A stretch of DNA of 64,000 nucleotides. Source: Mobula hypostoma. Taxonomy: Eukaryota. Each line of letters begins with the position of its first letter. Within the stretch, counting starts at the first letter, position 1. A model generated the notes under the pieces. The model had not been told where the DNA came from. It ran no database searches and saw nothing but the letters and a program-made list of their open reading frames with translations. Shown in pieces: positions 50,254 to 62,375 of this stretch. The stretch lies in contig NC_086097.1 of the NCBI RefSeq assembly GCF_963921235.1, forward strand, positions 152,212,001 through 152,276,000. The letters are read 5' to 3'. A program made the position numbers and the translations under genes.

Positions 50254-50263
50254 TTAGTTTAAA
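50254..50263 (-). promoter_or_regulatory. Candidate -1 frameshift slippery site at the CR1 ORF1/ORF2 junction
   Basis: GGT TTA AAC TAA. Confidence 0.5.
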
Positions 50264-51188
50264 CCCTTCCAAACAGCTCTATTAAACCTGCCTGCTAGGA
50301 TATTGGACCCCTTTAGTTCAGATGTAACCCATCCTTTTTGTACAGGTCGTACCCCCACCAGAAGAGGCTCCAATGATCCAGGAACCCGAAGCCCTGCCCC
50401 GTACACCAGTCTCTCAGCCACGCATTAAAATGCCTGATCATGCTATTCTTGTGCTCTTTAGCACGTGGCACAGGCAGCAATCCTGAGATTATTACCCTGG
50501 AGGTCCTGCTTTTCAGCTTCCTGCCCAATTCCCTGAATTCTCTCTTTCGGACCTCCTCCCTTATTCTACCTATGTCATTGGTACCAACATGTACCAAGAC
50601 TTCTGGCTGTTCACCCTCTCCCTTCAGAATACTCTGCACCCTATCCGAGACACCCTGTACCCTGGCACCTGGGAGGCAACACACCATGTGGGTATCTCTA
50701 TCAGGCTGACAGAACCTCCTGTCTATTCCCCTCACTATGGAACCCCCTATGACTACGGCATTCCTCATCCTCTTCTCTCCCTTCTGCACCATGGAACCGA
50801 GCTCAGTGTCAGAGTTCCGATCGCCATGGTCATCCTCTGTCAGGAAACCCCCCTCAACAGCATCTAAAATGAGATAACAATTACTGAGGGTGATGGCCAC
50901 AGGGGTGCTCTCTACTATCTGAGCTCTTCGCTTCCCTTCCTTGACAATCACCCACTTATCCAACTCCTGCAGCCTCAGGGTGACTAACTCCTTGTCGCCC
51001 CTATCTATCTCCTTAACACTTTCCCTAATAAGCTGTAGGTCATCAAGCCCCATCTCCAGATCCCTAACACTGTCTCTCAGGAGCTGCATCTCAGTGCACC
51101 TGACGCAGATATGGCCATCTGGGAGACTCGAAGAATTCCAGGATTCCCACATCTGACACCCAGAGCAAAATACTAACCCTACAGACGT
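50254..51188 (-). pseudogene. CR1 ORF1p: CxxC..CxxC zinc finger, coiled coil, SGNH esterase-like domain
   Basis: CSGC..ICVRC, VVIGGSIV, CLPGA, HVGTND, DGLH. The likely start at 51188 is ACG instead of ATG, and a 1-nt lesion near the end gives a premature stop. Confidence 0.85.
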
Positions 51189-51393
51189 TCTCTATTCCTC
51201 AAAAAAAAGTCCACTTACCTCGCTGAAGCCCGAATGAGCCAAAGCCCTACCACTCTGCCTCAGACCACTCCGTCGATGACCACTCCTTTTACGACTGCTT
51301 TGCTTGGCAGTTGCTCCCTTTTACGCCCGAACCTTCCCTGCTCTCCAACTTATGATTGATGCTCTGGTTATAGCCAAGTTCCCACAAAGCTTT

Positions 51394-54323
51394 CCATAAA
51401 ACCATAGAAACTACAGCACAGAAACAGGCCTTTTGGCCCTTCTTGGCTGTGCCAAACCATTTTCTGCCTAGTCCCACTGACCTACATACGGACCATATCC
51501 CCCCATACACCTCCCATCCATGTATCTGTCCAATTTATTCTTAAATGTTAAAAAAGAACCCGCATTTACTTCCTCGTCTGGCAGCTCATTCCATACTCCC
51601 ACCACTCTCTGTGTGAAGAAGCCCCCTTTAATGTTCCCTTTAAACTTTCCCCCCCCTCACCCTTAACCCATGTCCTCTGGTTTTTCTCTCCCCTTGCCTC
51701 AGTGGAAAAAGCCTGCTTGCATTCACTCTATCTATACCCATCATAATTTTATATACCTCTATCAAACCTCCCCTCATTTTTCTACGCTCCAGGGAATAAA
51801 GTCCTAACTTATTCAACCTTTCTCTGTAACTGAGTTTCTCAAGTCCCGGAAACATCCTTGTAAACCTTCTCTGCACTCTTTCAACCTTATTTATATCCTT
51901 CCTGTAATTTGGTGACCAAAACTGAACACAATACTCCAGATTCGGCCTCACCAATGCCTTATACAACCTCATCATAACATTCCAGCTCTTATACCCAATA
52001 CTTCGGTTAATAAAGGCCAATGTACCAAAAGCTCTCTTTATGACCCTATCTACCTGTGACGCCACTTTTAGGGAATTTTGTATCTGTATTCCCAGATCCC
52101 TCTGTTCCACTGCACTCCTCAGTGCCTTACCATTAACCCTGTATGTTCTACCTTGGTTTGTCCTTCCAACATGCAATACCTCACACTTGTCTGCATTAAA
52201 CTCCATCTGCCATTTTTCAGCCCATTTTTCCAGCTGGTCCAAGTCCCTCTGCAGGCTCTGAAAACCTTCCTCGCTGTCTACTACACCTCCAATCTTTGTA
52301 TCATCAGCAAATTTGCTGATCCAATTTACCACATTATCATCCAGATCATTGATATAGATGACAAATAACAATGGACCCAGCACTGATCCCTGTGGCACAC
52401 CACTAGTCACAGGCCTCCACTCGGAGAAGCAATTCTCTACTACCACTCTTTGGCTTCTTCCATTGAGCCAATGTCTGATCCAATTTACCACCTCTCCATG
52501 TATACCTAGCGACTGAATTTTCCTAACTAACCTCCCATGCTGGACCTTGTCAAAGGCCATGTAGTCCATGTAGAAAATATCCACTGCCTTCCCTTCATCC
52601 ACTTTCCTGGTAACCTCCTCGAAAAACTCCAATAGATTGGTCAAACATGACCTGCCACGCACAAAGCCATGTTGACTCTCCCTAATAAGTACCTGTCTAT
52701 CCAAATGTTTGTAGATTCCGTCTCTTAGTACTCCCTCCAATAACTTACCTACTACCGACGTTAAATTTACCGGCCTATAATTTCCCGGATTACTTTTCGA
52801 TCCTTTTTCAAACAACGAAACAACATGAGCCACTCTCCAATCCTCCGGCACCTCACCTGTAGACAGCGACATTTTAAATATTTTTGCCAGGGCCCCTGTA
52901 ATTTCAACACCAGTCTCCTTCAAGGTCCGAGGGAACACCCTGTCAGGTCTCGGGGATTTATCCACTTTAATTTTCCTCAAGACAGCAAGGACCTCCTCCT
53001 TTTCGATCTGTACAGTTTCCATGATCTCACTACTTGTTTCCCCTAATTCCATAGACTTCATGCCAGTTTCCTTAGTAAATACAGACACAAAAAAACTATT
53101 TAAGATCTCCCTCATTTCCTTTGGTTCCGCACATAGGCGACCACTCTGATCTTCAAGAGGACCAATTTTATCCCTTACAATCCTTTTGCTCTTAATATAC
53201 CTGTAAAAGCTCTTTGGATTATCCTTCACTTTGCCAATGCAACCTCATGTCTTCTTTTAGCACTCCTGATTTCTTTCTTAAGTATTTTCTTGCACTTCTT
53301 ATACTCCTCAAGCACCTTATTTACTCCCTGCTTCCTATATATGTCATACAACTCCCTCTTCTTCTTTATCAGAGTTGCAATATCCCTTGAGAACCAAGGT
53401 TCCTTATTCCTATTCACTTTGCCTTTAATCCTGACAGGAGCATACAAATTCTGCACTCTCAAAATTTCTCCTTTGAAGGCTTCCCACCTACTAATCACAT
53501 CCTTGCCTGAGAACAACCTGCTCCAATCCATGCTTTTTAGATCCTTTCTCATTTCTTCAAATTTGGCCTTCTTCCAGTTAAGAACCTCAACCCTAGGACC
53601 AGATCTATCCTTGTCCATGATCAAGTTGAAACTAATGGTATTATGATCACTGGAACCAAAGTGCTCCCCTACACAGACTTCCGTCACTTGTCCTAACTCG
53701 TTTCCTAACAGGAGATCCAATATTGCATCCCCTCTAGTTGGTCCCTCTATATATTGATCTAGAAAACTTTCCTGAACACATTTTACAAACTCTAAACCAT
53801 CTAGACCCCTAACAGTATGGGAGTCCCAATCAATATATGGAAAATTAAAATCCCCTACCACCACAACTTTATGTTTCCTGCAGTTGCCTGCTATCTCTCT
53901 GCAGATTTGCTCTTCCAAGTCTCGTTGACTATTGGGTGGTCTGTAATACAATCCCACTAATGTGGCCATACCTTTCCTGTTTCTCAGCTCCACCCATAAG
54001 GACTCAGTGGACATGCCCTCTAATCTGTCCTGCCTGAGCACTGCTGTAATATTTTCCCTAACAAGCAATGCTACTCCCCCATCTTTCATTCCTCTGCCTC
54101 GATCACATCTGAAACATCGGAACCCTGGAATATTAAGCTGACAGTCCTGCCCCTCCTGTAGCCAAGTTTCACTAATTGCTATAATGTCATAATTCCACGT
54201 GTCAATGCACGCCCTCAACTCATCCGCCTTCCCCGCAATACTCCTAGCATTGAAATATATACACCTCAGAAGATTTTTACCACCACTCACAACCTTTCTA
54301 TCAGCGGATTTGCTTGAACTTTC
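51394..54323 (-). mobile_element. Young CR1 LINE, near-intact ORF2 (one frameshift near 53228)
   Basis: 354-aa APE ORF (YFNARSI, ISETW, GDFN, SDH) and 529-aa RT ORF (QHGF, GVPQGSVLGP, KFADDTK). Tail at 51394. Confidence 0.95.
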
Positions 54324-54979
54324 TTTCCTCTTTTAAACTTCGCTCTTGGACCTGTGCACCACCTCCTCTCTCGTAGCTCTCCAACTCATGATTGGTGCTC
54401 CGGTTATCTTGACTGGAAGTTGATTCCATTTATTATGTTGTAAAGGGTTTTATTGAGAAAAGTAGACTGTCATGAAAAAATTTCATATAAGTTTGAGACT
54501 AAAATCAGTGGTAGTGAATTGCCAGTGGCAGGGAAGTATTAGGAACAAAAAAGTCCTGAAGGACAGGATTATTCCACACTTGGAAATAAAGGTAGAAATT
54601 GATTAGACATTTTGTGATCCAGTCTGACAAGTTTGATTTAATCTTTTGATAATGGCAGTGAGGTTGGTCTGGCAATTGTCTTGCCTGAGACTGCAAGAAG
54701 TTGCAAAGAGTTGTGATCACAACCCAATTCATCATGTAAATTAGTCTACTTTCTATTGATTCCATCTACCACTTCATCAGGAAACGAGCTAAAACAATAA
54801 AAGACCTCTTCCACCATAGGGCAGAAGATATAAAACGCTGCGAGCATGTACCATCAGACTCAAGGACAGCTCTCATCCTGCTATTATCCGATTCTAGAAT
54901 GATTCTCCGTGAGCTGAAAGATGGAGTCTTAATCTTCTAAACTAATCTGCTGTGCTCTTTGCACTTTATTTGCATATAT

Positions 54980-57130
54980 AGGTATGATTAGTAAGTTTGC
55001 AGATAGCAGCATTAAATACAAGAGTAAGATTGCCTTACACTACAAGATGATATTGATTAATTGGTAAGATGGACAGAGCAATAGCAGATGGAAATATAAT
55101 TCCGATAAATGTGGGGTGATGTGCTTTAGAAAAACTAATCAGAGTAGGTTATGTACCAGAAATGCAAGGTTCTAGGGAGTACTGAAAGGTCAAAAAAATC
55201 TTGATGTACAAGTGCAAGGATCTTTGAAGACAGTGGTAGATAAGATGGTGAAGAATATAATATGAAATCCTTTCCTTCTTTAGCTTGAAGCATAGAATAT
55301 AAAAACAATGAAATTATAGTACAATTTTTTAACATTTTAGTTAGGCCACAGTTGGAGTTCTGGTCACCATGCTTTTACAAAGATATGATTGCAACAGGGA
55401 GGGTGCAGGGAAGATTTAGCAGGGTGTTGCCTGGTTTGCTGGAGATGCTCAGTGGGTCAAGCAGTACTGTGGGAGGAAAGAAATTATCGATCTATAAAAC
55501 CAATGGGAATCTCTGTAAAACCTTAGTAAGATTACATTTGGGGTGTTATGTTCAGTTTTGGTCAACTCAATATAGGAAGGATGGGAAAGCTTTAGGGAGG
55601 TTGCATTGGAGATTTACCAGGTTGCTGCCTGGATTAGAGAGTATCTTATGAGGAAAGTTTGAACAAGCTAGAGTTTCTCTCCGTGGAGTGAAGGAGGATG
55701 AATAGTGACTTAATGGAGGAGTATTATATGATAAGAGCACAAGATCAAGTGGACAAACAGTGCTCTTTTTTCCAGCGCCGTAGTGGCTAAAATACTAGAG
55801 CATAATTTTAAGGTGAATGGATGGGGAGATGTCAGAGTTATGTTTTTTATACAAAAAGTGATGGGGGTGTGGAATGCTATGCAGTGGTAGTAGTAGAGGC
55901 AGATACATTAGGGACATTAAAGAGACTCTTAGATAACCACATGGAAGAAAGAAAACTAGAGGGCTACATGGGAGGGAAGGGCTAGATTGATCTTGGAGGA
56001 GGATAAAAGGCTGGCACAGCATTGAGGGCTGAAGTACCTATATTGTTCTATCTTCTATCACGGTTACAATGAGGGACTGGATAGTTTGGGTTTGCTTTAA
56101 TTTGAGTGGAGGAAGCTGAGTGGGTATCCAACTGAAGTATATAAAGTCATGAGGGCATAAATAGGGTAGATAGGAGGAAAACTTTCCTCATAATGGACAT
56201 ATCTAAAAACAAAGAGTGCAGGTTTAGAATAATGGAGTACACCTGAAGATAATTTTTCTTCACCCAGTAGCTGAAAAATGGTAAGTATTGACCGAGAAGA
56301 TTGCAGAGGCATATCCTTATAAGGTGATGGACTAAGTGCTGGCAAATGGCAAAGGTATAAATAGGCACTTAATGGTTGGCACTATTGTGACAGGTGGTAG
56401 GAACTAATTGTAAAGGTACAAAGGGATTGGCAATTGGTAGAATTACTTCCTAATTCTCAACAAATGTATGTTCCATTGAGAACTGAAGATTCTACAAGGA
56501 GGATAAATCTTTGTGCTAAGGAAGTTAAGGATGGTATCGATTGAAAGGAAAGGCATACATACTTGCAAGGATTCGTAATATGTAGAAGATTGGAACATTT
56601 TAGAAATCAACAAAAGGTGACCCAAAAAATGTAAAGATACAGAAAGTAGGATATGAATGTAAGATACTAAGAGATTTTGAAAAATCCTTGATTTTGGATA
56701 GATCTCAATGGATTGTAAAAATTCAAATTTAATGTAGAAACTAGAAACCAGAATTAGTTACGTTGACATCTGTCATTGGGAAATGCTAGAATTCCTGGCT
56801 GAATAGAAGAGAGAAAAAACTCACACACATGTTGAGGAAGTCTGGATAAAGGTGTACAAGTGGATGTAATATATCTGGAAACTCAGAAGACACTGATCAG
56901 GTATCACATAAAAAGTTACTACACAAGATAAGATCTTGTGGGGATAACCTATTGTCATAGGTAGTTAACTGCATGTCCGACCCAAAACACAGTTGTGATA
57001 AAGGGGCCTATTGATAAACTATGGCAGCTGGGACCGCAAGTATTTCCAATCTATATTAATAACACAGATGATAGGATTAAGCATACATTAGCAGACTATG
57101 CTGGTAATACACCTACAGGTGAGAAACCAA
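54980..57130 (+). mobile_element. Stack of decayed CR1 fragments
   Basis: Repeated LEFWSP/YVQFWS..YRKD motifs and two 3' UTR remnants. Confidence 0.6.
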
Positions 57131-57256
57131 GCCATCACAAGTATGCAGAAAGTGATTGGCCTCCATTGGTCAGGGTCAACCATGGATGTTGTGTTCTAGC
57201 TGTCCAGGTATGCAAGCCTGGACAATACAATATGGAGAGCTAGCTGTTGCCCATGT

Positions 57257-59169
57257 TATAGTCATAATCATAGTAATACTTTATTTATCCTGAGGGAAAT
57301 TGGTTTTCTTTACAGTTGCACCATAAATAATTAAATAGTAATATGTAAATTATGCCAGGAAATAAGTCCAGGACCAGCCTATTGACTCAGGGTGTCTGAC
57401 CCTCCAAGGGAGGAGTTGTAAAGTTTGATGGCCACAGGCAGGAATGACTTCCTATGATGCTCAGTGTTGCATCTCGGTGGAATGAGTCTCTGGCTGAATG
57501 TACTCCTGTGCCCACCCAGTACATTATGTAGTGGATGGGACACATTGTCCAAGATGGCTTGCAACTTGGACAGTATCCTCTTTTCAGACACCACCATCAG
57601 AGAATCCAGTTCCATCCCCGCAACATCACTGGCCTTACGAATGAGTTTGTTGATTCTGTTGGTGTCTGCTACCCTCAGCCTGCTGCCCCAGCACACAACA
57701 GCAAACATGATCGCACTGGCCACCACAGACTCGTAGAACATCCTCAGCATCGTCCGACAGATGTTAAAGGACCTCAGTCTCCTCAGGAAATAGAGATGGC
57801 TCTGACCCTTCTTGTAGACAGCCTCAGTGTTCTTTGACCAGTCCAGTTTATTGTCAATTCGTATCCCCAGGTATTTGTAATCCTCCACCATGTCCACACT
57901 GACCCTCTGGATGGAAACAGGGGTCACCAGTGCCTTAGCTCTCCTCAGGTCTACCACCAGCTTTTTCTCATTAAGCTGCAGATAATTCTGCTCACACCAT
58001 GTGACAAAGTTTCCTACTGTAGCCCTGTACTCAGCCTCATCTCCCTTGCTGATGCATTCAACTATGGCAGAGTCATAGGAAAACTTCTGAAGATGACAAG
58101 ACTGTGCAGTAGTTGAAGTCAGAGGTGTAAATGGTGAATAGAATGGGAGACAAGACAGTCCCCTGTGGAGCCCCAGTGCTGCTGATCACTCTGTCGGACA
58201 CACAGTGTTGCAAGCACATGTACTGTGGTCTGCCAGTCAGGTAATCAAGAATCCATGACACCAGGAAAGCATCCACCTGCATCACTGTCAACTTCTCCCC
58301 CAGCAGAGCAGGGCAGATGGTGTTGAACGCACTGGAGAAGTCAAAAACCATGACCCTCACAGTGCTCGCTGGCTTGTCCAGGTGGGTGTAGACACGGTTC
58401 AGCAGTTAGATGATGGCATCCTCAACTCCTAGTCGGGGCTGGTAGGCAAACTGGAGGGGATCTAAGTGTGGCCTGACCATAGGCTGGAGCAGCTCCAGAA
58501 CAAGTCTCTCCAGGGTCTTCATGATGTGAGAGGTCAATGCCACCGGTCTGTAGTCATTGAGGCCCCTAAGGCGAGGCGTCGTCAGCACAGGGACGAGGCA
58601 GGACGTCTTCCACAGCACAGAAACCCTCTAGAGCCTCAGACTCAGGTTGAAGACATGGCAAAGTACTCCACATAGCTGAGGTGCACAGGCTTTGAGCACC
58701 CTGTTACTGACACCATCCAGTCCTGCAGCCTTGCTTCGGTTGAGATGTTTCGGCTGTCTTCTCACCTGTTAAGCTGTGAAGCCCACCGTGGTAGTTTCGT
58801 GTGGGGAAGGGGTATAGTCATGAGAGCAGGGTGGGGGACTGTGAGGAGGGGTAGGAGGGGCGAGTGGAATATGTGTTGGTTCGGAGCCGACAACAGATGA
58901 CTCATGTGGGGGATGGGTAAGGGTCACAATGTCAAATCTGTTAAAGGACAGGTTAAGTTCATTGGCCCTGTCCACACTGCCTTCAGCTTCTCTGTTGCTA
59001 GTTTGCCGGAACCCAGTGATGGTCCTCATCCCACTCCAGACCTCTCTCATGTTGTTCTGCTGGAGTTTCCACTCAAGCTTCCTCCTCTACCTGTCTTTAG
59101 CCTCCCTGATCCTAGCTTTCAGGTCCCTCTGTATTGCCCTCAGCTCCTCCCTATTTCCATCTCTAAACC
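57257..59169 (-). mobile_element. Rex1/Babar-clade LINE, 5'-truncated, relatively young
   Basis: DYRPVALTSHIMKTLERL, DPLQFAYQ, FDFSSAFNTI, GAPQGTVLSP, YKYLG..WSKNTEAVYKKGQSHLYFLRRL. Confidence 0.9.
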
Positions 59170-59809
59170 TGTAGCAAGCAACCTCTCTCCATGCATCTGA
59201 TTAACCAAGAGGAACTCAGAGACCGATACAGTTTGGCACCAGCAGCATTGCAGTAGTTGCCAGTCAGCATTTAACTGAATGTAGGACTCCCTTGGGGATT
59301 CCAGCTCCAGATACTTCCCAAAGCCTTCCCTATGAGTGGGAATTGCTATAAGGCAACAGAGGTTTGAGATCAGAGTTTTCCTTCTTCTCGATGAGCTACC
59401 AACCATGGCTGACAAGCCCCAGCTGCCCAAAGTGACTGGTTATAAGGTGCCAGTAACCCACCTTTGCCCCTGCTTCCTGCAGTAGAAATGGTTCCACTAG
59501 GCTTAATAGCTGAGCAACACATGAAGGCCAGGAGCTGGACTTGGTTGTCAGAGGCTATATGCAGAAAATATGTAAAGGGATATAGGTAGGGTAACTGATT
59601 GGACAAACAATTGGCAGTTAAAGAGTGATGAGGGGGAATCAGAGGTTATCTATTATGCTAGGATGAGCAATTAAACAGAAATTTTTTCAGTGGAAAGTAC
59701 ATAAATCTTTGATAGAGAAGGAACAAGAAAAGCATGTGGAAATTGTTCTGCAGGTACACAAGAAACTGAAAATGCACATTAAAAGCTGACATTTATTACA
59801 AAGAGATTA

Positions 59810-62375
59810 CGTTGTTTATTTAATATTTAAGTAATCTTGTGTGTGTATGTGTATGTATGTATATATATATTGATTAAGCCTTCCTGCTTATTTAAATAAT
59901 TATGGGTTATATGTAAAAAAAACATTAAGTGCATATTCTATCATGCAGCCACATGATACAGGGGCATCTCACTTAAAGTAAACTCAAAGTTAGACCTGCA
60001 TTTCAGATTCCAGTTTCTTCTTTTGAATTAGATTAATGTTTTGAAGTTACAAAACATAATATTCACAATGAGGTATTTTTTTAAATGAACCTGAGACGAC
60101 TACTGACCTGTTCAAGCACAGCAAGATAGTTGAACTAAAAAAGGCAAAGCTAGGAATGGCAAGATAAAAAAAAAAGCAGCAGGGTGTAGCCTAGTATGTG
60201 CATAGATGTTGAGTTTTAATAAAAATTCATAAAACAGAAGAATTGATGGGTTCATAAAGAGAAAGGAAGGATTCACTGGTTCATAAAGAATGAATACTGG
60301 GAGATGATAATTATTTTAAAAAATGGCTGCATCAGAAAGATTGAGGAGCTTGATTACACAATGGGTAATTGGCTCATGTATACTGAGCTACTGGAACAGA
60401 ATTTTGAAGCAAATGAAATAGCCAATGAAAAATGAGTATCAATTTGGCTGAGTTCATTGGGTTTAAAGACATACAGTTTGCTTTGAAATTTGACTGTTCC
60501 AACCAATCTATCAGAAATTAGCTTTGCTAATATTGTAAAGTAATGCAGGAACACTTAGAACCAAAGCCATTGTTGATTGCAAAACACTTTAAGTTCCATA
60601 AGTGAAACTAAAAGAGAAGGGGAATCCATTTCAGCAATTATGGCTGAATTGAAGTGATTGTCTAAGCATTGTCATGGGTAATGGGCTTAATGATGCACTA
60701 AGTAACCATTTAGTTTGCAGAATCTTATAAGAAAGCATTCAAAAACAGCTCAACACTGAAGCACAGTTTACATTCAAAAGAGCAGTTGAAATTGTCATTT
60801 CAATGGGAACTGCAGACAGAGGTACAATTGAGTTGCATTCAGGAATGAAAAAGAGCGTGAATTGCAGCATCTAAACAGAAACCACCCTGGTCAAACAAAT
60901 TTGTGTTAACAATTATGGCAGGGGCTCACATACACAAAGCAAATGCAGATTTAAAGGTGAAACTTGCAGAAAATGCAACAAAGTGGGACAAACACATCGA
61001 GAATCTCAGGCAGTGAAAAATAAATGGTCTGCACAGGAACAGAAATAAACTAAAATGTCAAGTTCCAGTTTCAGGATGAGCACTAATTTGCATGCTGTTG
61101 ATGTAAAATCTGATAATGATGAGAGTGACACAGGACTGAGTACTCTTGAGATTCACAGCGTGAAAATTAACAATAGATAAGCAATATAGCTTATGCCAGA
61201 AGCGAATGGCAAATTAATTAAGATGGAATTGGACATTGGTTTAGTTGTTTCAGTCATACCACATAATGAGTTTGAGAGGCATTTCAAAGATGATAAACTA
61301 AAGCCAGCAGATATCCAACAAAAAACTTATACTGGTGAAAGGACAACTCCTGTGGGAATGACATTCTTGTAACTGTGAAATACAACAACCAGTAAGCCAC
61401 ATTGAGCTTGTATGTGGTAAAAATAGAAAGACCAGCACTCTGGGTGCGTGATTCACTGAGACATCTACAAGTTGATTGGAGATCCATCTACAATTTGCAT
61501 GCCACATTCCTTGCAATGAAAGCGAATTAAGAGAGATACTAGATGATGCCACAACTGACCCCATGCCGAACACCATGACAGTTGCCCAATAGAGGATAAA
61601 CAGGTGTTGGTTCCATCCACTATGCCTCTGGTTGGAAAGTATGTTGGACCAAGGAAGGACCAAGCTGCTCAGATGAAGCGTGAAAGTGATGAAAGCAGTT
61701 GTCAGACTGCAACAGTTTTGTAGACAGCATATCTGGGAAAGCTGCTGATAAGTTAATCAGGCAATTACTTGTGAAATGTGGCTTGCTTTTAAGCTGAAAG
61801 AGAGCTCAAGAAGCTTCTGGAAAGTTGCACGCATTCAGCTTTTGTGAGTATAAAGAACCAGAATCCAGTCTGCATGCATTAAGGTTATTGTGTGAACTCC
61901 ATGGGAGGCAAAAAGCTGCTAGTAAAACTAAATGCAAAGACCACAAAGCCCAGCTGGATGAACGCAAGGCCAAACAGAAAGAAGTCAATGGAGATGCAAA
62001 AACAGAAGATGTTGTGGATCAGGAAACCAAGAGGAGAGATTAGATCATAAAGGGAACAATAGAAGGATTAAGAAGAGAATGCTCCAATGAACTGAATGCA
62101 CCTTCCCAAGATCAAGATGCAGAAACTAGAAGAATAAAAGGAGAAGAAAGGCATCTGGAGCTGTTAGATCCACTTCCTGTAGTCTCGGAGTCAACTACTA
62201 CAACCACGGAGGAGGCCCCAGAACCCGAGATTACTTCACAGTCACAAGGCTCACCTGCCAAGCAGAGTGATCTCCCTTGTCAGGAAAGACATTATTCCAC
62301 ACGACTAGGAAATTCTCCACAGCAATTACATTTTTAGGCCTGAATATGTCCATTTTAAATTTATTTTGCTGAGAA
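59810..62375 (+). mobile_element. Decayed Mag-like Ty3/Gypsy element (LTR, gag, PR, pol tail) carrying a host mRNA fragment
   Basis: gag from 60323 (NWLMYTE..FEANEIANEK), paired Cys/His knuckle remnant near 60905-61010, PR MELDIGLVVSVI at 61223, pol C-tail ERHYSTRLGNSPQQL near 62285-62335. Confidence 0.75.
61604..62150 (+). pseudogene. RBM25: Processed RBM25 (RNA-binding motif protein 25) fragment, RRM region
   Basis: Translates across lesions to VLVP..LVGK..RKD..ISGKAADKLIRQLLVKCG..S*KRAQEASGKLHAFSFCEYKEPES..ALRLL..KAQLDE.KAK..DQETKRRD*IIKG.IE..RE.SNELNAPSQD, collinear with the vertebrate RBM25 N-terminus as I recall it; no introns. Confidence 0.88.

Larger units (their letters stand above)
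47221..51390 (-). mobile_element. Essentially full-length CR1 LINE (ORF1 + ORF2, both disrupted)
   Basis: 5' UTR, ORF1 esterase, junction GGTTTAAACTAA, APE LYLNASSI, RT NYRPVSLTS/GVPHGSVLG, 3' tail at 47221. Confidence 0.92.

Noticed and set aside
50313..51152. Host or bacterial GDSL/SGNH lipase gene
   Set aside because: It sits directly upstream of CR1 ORF2, and its C-terminus matches the ORF1 ends of two other CR1 copies.
51208..51225. Strong splice donor (GAG|GTAAGT, minus strand) in the CR1 5' UTR
   Set aside because: Single occurrence, no convincing paired acceptor, cannot be distinguished from chance.
61604..62150. Functional RBM25 exon(s)
   Set aside because: Contains stops and frameshifts, lacks introns and is embedded in LTR-element sequence.
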